A stretch of DNA of 64,000 nt from contig OX337234.1 in the NCBI GenBank assembly GCA_946965045.2, positions 1,488,001-1,552,000 on the forward strand, read 5' to 3'. The position numbers and the translations under genes were made by a program. This DNA comes from Epithemia pelagica. Its lineage: Eukaryota > Protista > Bacillariophyta. The notes beneath the pieces are model-generated. The model saw only the letters and a list, made by a program, of their open reading frames with translations, was not told the DNA's origin and searched no databases. Of the stretch, positions 50,972-62,717 are shown piece after piece. Numbering within the stretch: position 1 is the first letter of the stretch; the number at the start of each line of letters is the position of its first letter.

Positions 50972-53900
50972 ATGACGCGATCATTCAATTCACCCCACGA
51001 ACAACAGTCTCGGACGAAACCAAATTTTGATGGGAAAGAGGTTGCCACTGCATTTCGGACGCGATGCTCTCCTGTCAACTTTGGATTCTGCAACATAGGG
51101 ATCCGAGATGTCGAGATTTTGGGGTTCCTGAACACTTGGTTTCCAGGATTGTTGGTGGTGAACATGAACCGTGCTTTTGCATTAGACAGAATCTTGGAAA
51201 CCTGTTTTGAAGATGTGACGAAGCCTAACAAGCATGGCTTCTACCTCCACAAGCTTACGATCAAGAAGAAGAGATACACATTTTACTACGTCAGCAAAGA
51301 CAAGAAAGAACCACCAGTGATGTTGGACGATCACCAAGAATGGCTGGAGGCTGCAGAAATGAACGTGATTCGGCGGTCGGGACGAGCGCAGCCAACGAAG
51401 CGAAAGAACGAAATACATGAAGAGGACTCAACAAAAGGAAAGTATGCAAAGACCAGCACAACACCACCAACGATGAGGAACAATGGACTGCAGCCACATC
51501 CACCACCGCTGACAATTGGATTCAGTGCCGCATCAATGCAAATATCATCGCCGTCTGATGGCTCACACAGCATGGCGGCAACAACCAATCACGCTCAAAT
51601 GATGGAGAGCCCTCGTTTTCTCATTGGAGGAGAGGCCGGCAGTGTGCCATCAGCTGCAAAGACAGTCAATGATGGCAATCCAGGGATATTGCCCGTTGGA
51701 AATCCCGAGGTATTGCCCATTGGTTTTACAGCAACTAGTGAGGAGACCATCCGATTTATCCAAGCGATGGAAGATAACTTTTTTGATCAGCCAAGGATGT
51801 GTTTGCTCTTTAAGGGCAAGCAAGATACTCCAGGATCTGCGAAAAACAACCTTTTGGGATGGATAGAAACCCTTTCCACTGCCCCGTTCAGCTTAGCTTC
51901 CATGGCGAAAATTGTTAACAAGGCAGACGTCTATCCACTTACACCGGAGCAGCTACCAAAGTTGCAGTTCATGGCGACATACCTTTGTCTCGTGTACAAG
52001 ATTGCGCTGGTCAACATGCCAGATGGCCAAACGTTTCAAGGCTGCATCGAGGAAGCATCAAGGAGACTTGCTTTAGTCTATGGTAACGAGCATATAAAAA
52101 GACATCATTCAACAATTTCGCGATGGCACAAGTTCTTTCGTGAAGATGGTTGTCTCCCTCATCCAAATCACCTAGTGCAAAATGGGAAGGATCCATCACC
52201 CGCTCTCTTTGTCAACGTACCCGAAGCAAAACTGAAGTTTGAAAAGTGGGCAAAGGAAAATGTGGCGACACTTTCCACAGAGACTGCTCTAGTCTACATC
52301 AAGGAGACTTTGCTTCCGGAAGTATACAATGTGCTCCTGGAAGAGCGTGTAAAAGATGATGCAGGAAGCCCGATGACATACGAGGACTTCTTGGCTAGCA
52401 TGAAGCTAACCAAAGTATCGCGCTCCACCGCAAGGCGCTGTATTGCCAGTGCAGGGCTGGTCTACAAGGACCACAAAAAATCTATTTCAATGATCGTCAT
52501 GAAAACCCTGAGAACGTTGCACACAGGGCTGCATTCATCAAAGAGTACTTCAAAGCGGAAGAGCTTTCATATCGGTGGGTGCAGCTCCCTGTCGAGGATG
52601 CCATCAAACTGGAAAATGAAGGGAAATGCTGACAACGAGAAGCTCCTACCGCAGAGTTTTGTATTTGAGTACACAGATACACCCACGGGAATTCAGATGC
52701 GGGAGTACCATATTGACGCCTTCCACGAAGAGTTTAAAAGGTACATCAAGCCTGAAAACGCAATTCACAATGGAAACCTATCATATAGGTTCCCTTCGGA
52801 CCGTAGACCCGTCATCATCATCGGACAGGATGAATCAATCTACAAACAGTTTTCGTTTTCAGCAAAGACGTGGTACACTAAGGATGGCGTAACAAAACTG
52901 CTACCGAAAGACGATGGGCATGGACTTATGGTCAGTGCTTGTGTAAGTCGATCGTGGGGGTTTCTTATGGATGGAAATCCGGCACTTGGAAATGCTCTAC
53001 CCCTGATCAATCAGCTTCGTCTCCAAATGAGGCACCGTACGTATATCTCTACCGAGTCTGCAATGAAGATCAAAGGCACCGCTTTCAAAAGTGAAGTTGT
53101 CAACTCGGAATCCTTCACTCGATTTTTCCAATATGGAAATGACAAAGAGGGATACTGGTGCTATGACCACATAGCATTGCAGTTAGAGGACATTGTCGAT
53201 TGCCTCGTGATCATGTTCCCCGTGCACGACTTTCTGTTTTTGTTTGACCAAAGCAGTGGTCATGGAAGACAACAAACCGATGGACTAAATGCACTGAACA
53301 TGAATAACGACTGGGGAGGAGCGGTTCCCAATATGCGGGACACAGAAACTGTTGACAAATCTTGCCTTGGTCCGTATAACCATCCCAGGAAACTAAAAGT
53401 TGGTGACGTGCAACACCTGGTTTATCAAGCGAGTGACCCTGGTCCTGTTGCTAAAAAAGGACGTCTTCTTGACGATGCACAACGTCTCGAATAAAGGCTT
53501 GCACGTGCATCTGATACCACAAGAAAGCGCCCCCTCACAAAGCGAGAGCTCATGGCAAAACTTGTTGAGGTCACGGGACCTGCAACGCATAGTTCGTTTC
53601 AATCGAAAAACACACGAGAGTTGCAGGACCTTTGTAAACGCTACCAGATTGCAACGGAGGTCCACGAGAATGTTATGGAACAAGGATGGATGGACGCTCC
53701 TAAGGGTTTATTCCAAGTATTGTGGGAGAGGGGATGGATCGACCCTGATAACATGACCAAGCACGTCAAGACAACGAGAGATGCATGGTTGGAAGCGGAT
53801 AAGAAGACTGTGAAAGAAGACTGCATGGAAGAATACAAGAAGTACTCTCTTTTTTGTCTTATGAGCGAGTGCTTGGACTTTAAAGCAGAAAAGTCTGCCA

Positions 53901-54337
53901 TGGAGAAGCTTGCACAAGATCTGTCGGAACGGCATCATATCAAGATCAATATTTTGAAGTCGACCAAGTATCATTGTGAGATTGCTGGTGAAGGGATTGA
54001 GTATGGCTGGGGCTTCTCGAAGAAGATCTTTCGCTCTATGTTACTGGAACAGAAGAAAACCAAAGCTGCCTTTCATCAATGTGTAAAGACAAGCCTTCGA
54101 AAGGCAACGTCTGAACTGGTATGGACAATGTCAGCAAAGGCACGTCGCTATATGTTGACGTATTTCTTTCTGGATCAAAATTCTATCAATGGAGACTTTG
54201 AATCTGCAGGTCTCTCGTACCACGAAATCGAAAGGATGCAAAAGACATTGAAGTGTCACCGATCTGCTTTGGATCAAGACCAGGGCTTCATCTGGGAACT
54301 CTGGAGAGAAGCACGAGACAATGAGGACGGACGCTGA
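50972..54337 (+). pseudogene. DDE transposase, IS630-Tc1-mariner-like with long D-E insertion; in-frame stop and compensating frameshifts
   Basis: GQDES (D1), FLFDQSSGH (D2) and KYHCEIAGEGIEYGWG (E). An in-frame TAA at 53492-94 separates ORFs 50972..53494 and 53552..54337. No TIRs found. Confidence 0.7.
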
Positions 54338-54624
54338 TCTAGTTTCTCTCTCTTTCTCTATCTATATACGCGTTACTTAACAATTTATACTATTAATCCA
54401 TTATATTGAATGTAATCCTTGTCAGTTATTGGTATCAATGATCACTTCCGTGTTGTGTGCTCGTATGCTCGTGTTGCGTGTTCGATTCTCAGTTTGTAAA
54501 TAGATCAAAAATGTGCGCGACCGAGAAAAATGGACAATTTTCGGAGCACATCTTGCGCGAAAACACGCCCCCCTCTCTGAAAGCACGCACGCATCGCAAA
54601 ACTCGCACCCCAACCCTTAAGTAA

Positions 54625-54701
54625 CTCAGCCCACATACCAAAAACTTTCCCGTTTTTTTAGTATGTGAGCTGGAGATTTTCTTTTTGGTATGTGGGCTGA
54701 G
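54625..54701. repeat. Perfect 20-bp inverted repeat (54625-54644 / 54682-54701) with a third degenerate copy between
   Basis: CTCAGCCCACATACCAAAAA ... TTTTTGGTATGTGGGCTGAG. ttttttagtatgtgagctg lies at about 54654-54672. Confidence 0.8.
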
Positions 54702-54758
54702 GAGAGTGCTGCGTTTCGTGTTTCTTGTGTTTCGTGTTTTGAGTTTTGCGTTTCGACC

Positions 54759-57722
54759 ATGGGGAAACCAAGCTCAAAGAAACAGCCTTCAAAAGCGGGT
54801 GCTCAAAACCGAGACAGCATGACTGACCAAGGAAATCTTAACGCTCTTCTACTTGCAATAGATGCAGCGGAAGGGCCGTCAGCGGCAGCAGCAGCGGCGC
54901 CCGAAGCAGCAGCAGCCGCAGCGCCCGAAGTAGCAGCAACAGACGAAGCGACAACAACAAAGCACCATCGGTTTCTTTCGGATAAAGACTTTGCCCACGT
55001 GAAGGAGAAAAAGCTTGCAGATGTTCGGCGTGGCCATCCAGGGAAGGACGACAGCAAACAGTATTCGGACACTCAAATGCGGCAGCTCCTCACCGAGACG
55101 CGCACAGCGGACTACAAGAAAGGCGTCGAGGAAGTGGAGAAACTCTCTACTCGTTCTGGACGGGATCCAATCAAGACTTTCAGAGAAGGACTCAAGACGC
55201 TCTCCAAGATCAAAGACAGTGCTGTACTTGCCTGTGCTGTGGGAGAGTATGTCTCACGGAAGATTACAGCCACTTTTTCGGTCCAAGAAGCTCCAATTCG
55301 GAAGCCCGGTTCAGGCTTGCAAAAGGGGAAAATTGTGCCACTTTCGGGTGGAATGGGTCTTCCTGTGAAGAAGAACAGAAAACATACCTTCCCGATCGGC
55401 AAGTATGCCCAATACACATTTGCAAACAAGCCGGTAATCAAGACCTACCTTGGGAAACTGCTCCTGTTTGAGGTGAGGGAGTCAAGACTCCCGGGCGCCG
55501 GGTTTGGCGTTTTTGCAGCTCGGGACATCGACGATGATGAAGTGCTTGGCGCGTACACAGGATACGACGTCACGTCTCGGACAGTTGTACCCAACGAGTA
55601 CGCGATTCACTTCGGACGTGACAATCGAACGCTTCAAGCAGACAACGACGATCACTTCGGCATGGGGCTGCACTTAATCAACGACCACCTACACCATCGG
55701 TACGGGACAGACAATCCACCAGATGAATCGGACGACGGTTACAACGTGAGAATCATGCCGAATCTTCTAGTCAAGGCAATCAAGCCGATCAAAAAGGGCG
55801 ACGAGCTGCGGTTGTTCTACAACCTTACGGACGTATCGACGACGTCCTCCGAACAGGTCATTCGAACGTCGTGGAAAGGTGACGACGAAGACGAGGGAAA
55901 AACGCAGTCGACCCAATGATGAAAATGAAGACGAGAAAAAGGCAAAGAAGGCTTTCGTTACTTCTCCTTCTACTGTTTTCCGTCCAGTTGCTACTGTTGC
56001 TCGTCCTCCTTCTCCGCCTCCTCCGCAAGACGTTTCTGAGCACTACCATTCACCCTCTCAGCTGCCGCCGCAGTATCCTCCGCCGCATTATCATCATCCT
56101 CCGCCGCAGTACAATAATCCTCATCCTCCGCGCCACAGTACAATCATCCTCATCCTCCGCGCCACAGTACAATCATCCTCATCCTCCGCCGCAGTACAAT
56201 CATCCTCATCCTCCGCCGCAGTACAATCATCCTCATCCTCCGCCACAGTACAATCATCCTCATCCTCAACCGCAGTACAATCATCCTCATCCTCCGCCGT
56301 ATCATCCTCCCCCACAGACAATCACCCCCATCAGCCGCATTACCATGGACATCCTCCGTCGTACGATCAACCCCACTATGGAGGTTACCGGGGGGCTCCC
56401 CATGATCAGCAGCAGCAACAACGCACGACCCAGCCGGTCGAAGGCTCACCCGAGCGTCCGAGCAATGCCGTCCCACCTGCAGCACAAGCTCAACCCGAGC
56501 TTCCGAGCAATCCCGTCCCACCTGCAGCACAAGCTCAACCCGCCACTCAAGCCAATCCCGGCCCTACTGGAATGTTAGTACCAGTGGTTGCCCCGCCAGA
56601 AACAGCAGGAGACGACATGGATGAAAATTCTATGAATGAGGAGATGATTGCAATCGACGAGGAAATGCAGAAGGGTCAATGGCAACGTAAACAGGCGTTG
56701 CAAAATAGAGAATTGCGCTCGAAGTATTTCAAGTGGCTATATGATATTGAAAACAAAATGTATCGAGCATGTTTTTTTCGACTCCGCCAGATCTCCTCGA
56801 CTTGTTGGAGAGAGCGTGGGACGACAAAGGCTTGGACAATAAAGCAAAGGGCGCATACTTCAAATCTGTTCAAGACTACACACCAAATTTGTTGATGGCA
56901 ATGATGGAAAATGAGGGCTTGGCGACCAACACTCGGTTCTTCAGTCTCTTCGTCCCAGCTTATGTTCAAAAAGTCACGACAGAGTTCAAGCAGGCGCTTG
57001 CCTCAGCTCTTTATGCAATGCAATACGCAAAAGATGAAGCATTTGCGGACGAAATGAGCATTTCCCTTTCGTTTATGAAGACCACACAAGAAAAAGTCCA
57101 AGAACCTCACATCGACTTCTTGTTCCCGGTCGTAACAGGAAACCTGTCCGAAGGTCCCAAAACGCCCTCCGGGAAGAAGAAACCCACAAAGATGACTCGG
57201 AGAGCTTATTCAGATCTGCCATTCCGGGAACGCGTACCCTTTATTGTTTTCATGCCGCTGTCGGAGGAGGGTATGTCCATTGAATTGTGGAAATACCGCG
57301 GTGAGAAGCACGAAGACTACCCGCATGAGTTGGGTAAAGTGGTACAAATCCCGTATGGCAAGTTTCTCCTCGTTCGCGGAGATACTGTCCATGCTGGTGG
57401 CTCTATGACTGGAGAGTTGGGGAGTCCACGTGCACATTTCTATGTGTACCAAGGAAAAGATGGGACCATCCACGATCCCATGCCAAAGAATACCTACAAG
57501 CTACCTTCTGGAGCAGGAAGGCTTTCAGAGTTCTACTTCCACCAGAACGACATTCCTGGTACTCGCCCAAGTGGGCTCGTTCGGGTTCACCTTTGGGTGA
57601 ATAAGGACGAGCGTGTTAACGCCCTTAGTGATAATCCTCGTAATGTGCTTGTGGCTAAGAATTATAAACCTGGTAAGAAGATCGCGACCAAAGAAGCCGA
57701 TCAAACTTATATGGTACGTTGA
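54759..57722 (+). pseudogene. Predicted single gene: SET methyltransferase, Pro/His/Tyr repeat linker, 2OG-Fe(II) dioxygenase; split by about five small indels
   Basis: SET motifs GAGFGVFA, LHLINDH and IKKGDELRLFY. Dioxygenase motifs QEPHID (HxD), DTVHAGG (H) and PRAHFY (R). Frames join with single-base corrections at 55898-902, about 56128, about 56158, about 56315 and 56772-78. Confidence 0.6.
56085..56330 (+). repeat. Coding tandem repeat, about 27-bp unit (PPQYNHPHP)
   Basis: Repeated ccgcagtacaatcatcctcatcct units. Confidence 0.85.
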
Positions 57723-58133
57723 GTTGCAGTATGACATTAAGATTTATTAGTTTATTCCTTCATATTATACTTTAGTGCATTGTCGTGTTTGTTTCCATAA
57801 AGTGTCGAAAACGCAAAATATGAGATAAGCCTTTTTTCAATCATAGCTCGGCTGGGACCAATCACAAGTTTCCCTCATATACATCCATACTAGTACAAGG
57901 CGCGACCAATCTCATCCGCAGACCGGGACCCAACTACCGACACTGGGAAGCTGCATCAATGCAAGTAGGAGAAGACGACGATGACGAAGAAAAAGACGAT
58001 GAGCGACAGTGACAATGCAACGACTATGACAAGGACGGCAACAAGTACATCAAGGAGAAATGAAGAAAGTCATTCAAAAGTGAAAGCTATTATAGTGGTC
58101 AAAGAATCGTGTGCATCCATCTGAGAAAGCCTA

Positions 58134-59112
58134 CTAGTAGTCATCCTCTTCGGCCTCATCGTAGTACTGCGAGCCGAAAAGATCATTGTCCTGAGTCCTG
58201 ATGACGTCTTCTTGCGTCTCAAGAAATCCATCATCAGCGTAGGAATCGATGGATGTGCGGTAGGCACCAGAGGGATTGTAATAGAACAACGGAGGTGACA
58301 TGGGCACCTTTTCCCTGGTCAGCGACAGCTGGAGAACCATGTGAGGGTCAGCTGCACCACTGAGCTGAACTTCGCGTTCTGCAACCTGACGCTGGAATGC
58401 GTGCTTCTGGGAAGGGGTCCATGGAAAAGGTTGTTTCTTCGGGGAGCACTTCTTGTTCGAGGAATCCGTCGTCTTTGGGGAATCTCTCTTCTTCGGGGAA
58501 TCCACCTTCTTCGGGGTCACATGTGACTCTGCCGATGCTGATAAGTCCTCAACATCGTTCTTTGCCACCCCATTGCTCTCTTTGTCGTTGGGACTCTTGT
58601 CTAATGGCAGCAGAATGCATGGTGAGAGATGGAAAGGCGAAATCATCGAACAATCTAAACTTACCACTCTTTTCAGCTTTCTTGCCACCAGCTTCCATCG
58701 CAAGAAGTTCTGCCGCAATGTCCGATAGGCCTGCCTGTTCGACGTTCTGGCAGCTGATGAAGCGCACCGGGAGGCCGTTTGCATCCCAAATGGTCAGCTG
58801 CCTCTACGTCGCACGACTGTACCAAGGATCGTCTCCGTGCATGTCGAAGGTGACGTGCTTCGTCGTCAATTTTTTGTCGCTTGGTGACGGGCTTGTTTTG
58901 AGGGGTGTCTTCTTCTTGGCCGTCGCCGTCTTCTTGGACGATGCTGTCTTCTTGGCTAATGCTGCGTTCTTGGCCGTTCCTGTTGCCGTCGCCGTCTTCT
59001 TCTTCGTCTTCGACACTGTGTCGAGAGGCTTCTTTGCCTTCATCTTTTTTTTGCTGGAGGGAGCTTCGGCGTTGGAGCGAACTTGCTCCTTCGCTGTGGA
59101 TCGAGTGCTCAT
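58134..59112 (-). pseudogene. Lys/Ala/Thr-rich, SPKK-containing histone-H1-tail-like protein with acidic C-terminus (intron 58601-58664; in-frame TAG at 58804-06)
   Basis: KTKKKTATATGTAKNAALAKKTASSKK, then TPKK/SPKK/SPKT/SPKK after a GTAAG...TTAG phase-1 intron. Confidence 0.5.
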
Positions 59113-59352
59113 CGATGAACTTCAAGTTACGCGCATGTTTGAATTATGATCTTGTTTGTTTGATTGTTGTATTTGATTGTCTTGTTTGTTGGTCCATCTC
59201 ATTTTATTGTGTCATCTCGGGATCCTCCCGGCGCTCATTTGTGAACAATATCGGCGCACGCCAAGTGAGTTGCAGCTTCCGAACGTGTCGGACAACAATC
59301 AAACAGGAGAAACGAAGAGCAACGAGACAAGGAGAAGCAAGAGAAAACGACG

Positions 59353-59850
59353 ATGTCCAGCTTCAAATACAACAAAGAGGATGGTAATCCTGAGAGTATT
59401 CTTTGTCTCCCATTCAAGTCTTGCTTTTATGCAAGAAACGTCTGTGCGCTCCTTGGGCCGATGTCGAAAAGCAAGGACTCAGGACGAAACGTCGTGGACC
59501 GCGGCCATCTACTGGTCCAGCGGGAGCTTTGCACAGATTATCTTCGGGTTGCTATCTTCCACCGGGAGGCAACGAGTGAGCACGAAGAACCAGGGTTGGT
59601 TGTACCGGTTGGGTTCATTGCTTTGACCCATATGGAAGCTGTGGTTGGAGAGAGCCGCCAAGAAACCAGGGGACGCATCCGCCTCTACACGCGCTGCTCT
59701 ATCACCCCTTCGTTGCGTATGGAGCCCCAGATTGTGACCATCTACATGAGTACTGGTGATATGGATCGCCTCAACATTGCGCTCGGTTCAGAAATGATGA
59801 AGTATCCGCATCAAAACCTCTTCTTCAATCATCAACAAGCACAAGCTTAA
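59353..59850 (+). CDS. Hypothetical protein (165 aa)
   Basis: ATG-initiated ORF with globular composition. No motif recognised. Confidence 0.4.
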   Translation: MSSFKYNKEDGNPESILCLPFKSCFYARNVCALLGPMSKSKDSGRNVVDRGHLLVQRELCTDYLRVAIFHREATSEHEEPGLVVPVGFIALTHMEAVVGESRQETRGRIRLYTRCSITPSLRMEPQIVTIYMSTGDMDRLNIALGSEMMKYPHQNLFFNHQQAQA

Positions 59851-60784
59851 GTCTACAACACTAGCACTCACAAGTGTTTAAGGATTCACTAGTGTTTTAC
59901 GATTATCATTCGAGTAAAAATCAAGCTTGTTGTACCAAAGTCTGCAGCCGTCGCGTTGCCTTCTCGACATGGCTTCGTGAGTCAAAACATGTGTATTAAT
60001 AGTATCACTTTGTGACGTGAACTACGCTTGATCTTTGTTCCATGTATCTAATGACGAGAATATTACTTTTTAACGTGAATTACGCTACAATATACAATAG
60101 TCGCTGCTCCATCATTCGATTCTACGATACGAATTGAGGTGCATTGGTTGCGCCGTAATTTTGCCGCAGTAAATGACGCATCGACGACCTATAGACGATA
60201 AAAAGCCACTTACCCAACGAATTCAAGCCAACCAACGTTGTCCGTCCTCAACCCATGTACGAAGAAGAGGTTCCACGCATGGGATCATGGAGCCGTTGCC
60301 TATACGAGTAGAGATCGGCCAAAAGAGCCGCTCACCATGGTCGATTTTTGGTAGAACACGTAGGGCCTAATTAGAAGGGCTATATTAAGGGGATGGCTGG
60401 CGTGGAACTCGTAGCATTTGTACTGCGAGCTACGTCACTCGCATTTCGTCTGAAACCAGCTTGTACCCAGTTTTCAGTTTTCAAATTTCAAAACTAGGAG
60501 TACCCCCTTCGAGAAGTCGAAGAGGTAGCCTTTTGTACCTATCGATAGGAATAGGAGGTGTCTTCCGTCGCCAAAAATAATGTAGTTTTTCCTAATAGTG
60601 TACTTTCGCGCATGTCAATCTATATGATTCCCCATATTATCCTAGAATTTTTATACTCCGAATGAGCCGGCCGTCCTCCTGTAGACTTGTACAACAGCCT
60701 ACGAGAGTTTTTTGTGCGACTGTATTTACGAAAAAATTGTAACGATCGGAGGGAGTACAATAATTTGTGGATACAGAGAGACTA

Positions 60785-61523
60785 TCCCCCAGCGGGGGTG
60801 TTTTTGAGGGAGTAATTTCGTGTAGCCACCCCCTTCTCTGTTCGCTGGATCTTGACGGTAGGCATATCTCATTTCCTCCACCACGATAACAACACGACAA
60901 TCAAACTTTGTTGTTGCTGGTGACCTCCAATGGCCACCCCATCATGATCTGACCATCATATGCTTCATCTGGGTACCATGGCAGTGCATTGTGAGGGACA
61001 CAGTGGATTCGGGCCACTCTAGGAAATGACCAATACAGTGACGCGTAATACAGGAACAATAGGAGACCATGATGGCATGAAAATACATGAGAGTTGATGT
61101 TTTGCTATCAATGCAGCGCGTAACTACTACTGTTATGTGTATTGTAGATCAATAGGTGTTCAAACAATGCAAGATAATAGCCATATTGTCCCTTTGAGTT
61201 GCTTCGTTCGAAATTGTGAGACGTCGCGTCCGTGCCTGTGCCACGAGGCATGGCGCCTCTGAGTCTGATGCATAACAGCCTTAACCTTTAAACTTTGGTG
61301 ATGCAGATGCATTCTACACTATTGGTTTGAGGTCTATGACTGGGAAGACAGGTTTCAAGAGTCCAAATAGGTGCACAACAACCTGTGCAACACCATGGCC
61401 CGTGTTGTTATCGTGGTGGAGGAAATGAGATATGCCTACCGTCAAGAAATAGGTTATTATTTGCTCTTAGGGAAGGGGGTGGCTACACGAAATTACACCC
61501 TCAAAGCCACCCCCGCTGGGGGG
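60785..61523. mobile_element. MITE-like element with long bipartite TIRs and TA flanks
   Basis: 60786-60836 vs 61472-61522 (51 bp, 3 mismatches) and 60850-60896 vs 61401-61447 (47 bp, perfect) are inverted. TA at 60783-84 and 61524-25. Confidence 0.65.
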
Positions 61524-61779
61524 TAACAGAGAGAAGAGAGAAGAGAGACCCAATGCCAAAAAACGGACGTCTCACCAAGACAAGCATTGACCAATCATAC
61601 GACTTCATTCAGACCAACGACACCGAATTGGTCCCGCACGAACAGCCATGCACGTCTCAAAACCCAACTGCCTCCTCAACGATCGCCACAAGTTGTGGCG
61701 ATCATTTTTTGACACACAGCCATAAAATTATCGAGACCTCACATTGAGAAGAGAAGACATTGTCAAGTGAACGGGAAAG

Positions 61780-61992
61780 ATGACGACTCTGGACGACTTG
61801 AAGAATGAGATGCAGCGGCAGCTCACAGAGATGTCAGAGATGTTTCTCGGGGAGCTCAAAGGGGTGAACGACAAGCTCGATTTTCTCATGTTGGGTAAAG
61901 TCGCACCCCACGCTGACGACATTGCAGCGCGTGCTACCGTGGCGGTTCAGCAGAATTATCTGCAACAGCCGGTGACACCAGATGGCAAGTGA
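61780..61992 (+). CDS. Small coiled-coil hypothetical protein (70 aa)
   Basis: Heptad-like MTTLDDLKNEMQRQLTEMSEMFLGELKGVNDKLD. No family recognised. Confidence 0.3.
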   Translation: MTTLDDLKNEMQRQLTEMSEMFLGELKGVNDKLDFLMLGKVAPHADDIAARATVAVQQNYLQQPVTPDGK

Positions 61993-62717
61993 AAAAATGG
62001 TCGAAGCGACGATTCAGGGTTCGACCTTCTCAATGTTCGAATCGCCAGTAGATAGAGGCATAGAGCCGCCTAGATGCATATCATTCAGTCATCTCTTGCA
62101 TGCAAGATGAGGTTATTGCAACACACGATCATTTTAGTAGTAGTTACAATATCTACAGGAAACGCTTTAATTCCAAGCAAACCAAAACTGCAGAGACGTT
62201 CTCCAAGGTTTTCAATACCTTGAAGAATGTTGTCAGGCTTTTGACTCGCCACAACGTTTTCATTTCCTCTTCAATCACATCCGTTGCCAGAAATCCACCT
62301 AGTTCCAGTTGCGGCCCCACTAGCCTTAAATCGGTGCGCTCCATTTCCATGATGTACAAGTCTGGCTCTTACCATCGACCAGATATCATTTCATTTCATT
62401 TTAAGTCCCTTCCTCCCGATAGCCTGAAATCGCGCTCCATATCCATGATGTACACGTCTGGCTCTACCCATCGTCCAGGGATATCATTTCCTTTCAGATA
62501 AGTCGCTTCCTCCCGCTGTAGACATCAATGGGACAATCAACGGTCAACAACGCGTGCAACAGAAACGTTCACTTCTAGTCGCACACGTCAATGAGCAATA
62601 GAGACATTTCCTGTGATGCGAGGGGAAGACAATCGCAATACGACAGAGCAGGGGGAAGACTGACAACCCAGAGTTTCAAATGTGATCATTCAAGTGTATC
62701 AAAGCCTCTTTCCATAT

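Noticed and set aside
50600-54620. Terminal inverted repeats for the DDE transposase
   Set aside because: I searched both flanks by eye and found no convincing pair, so element boundaries are not called.
62337-62496. About 60-bp imperfect direct repeat and ORFs 62100..62501 / 62153..62359
   Set aside because: No recognisable motif and ambiguous strand; probably a decayed fragment.
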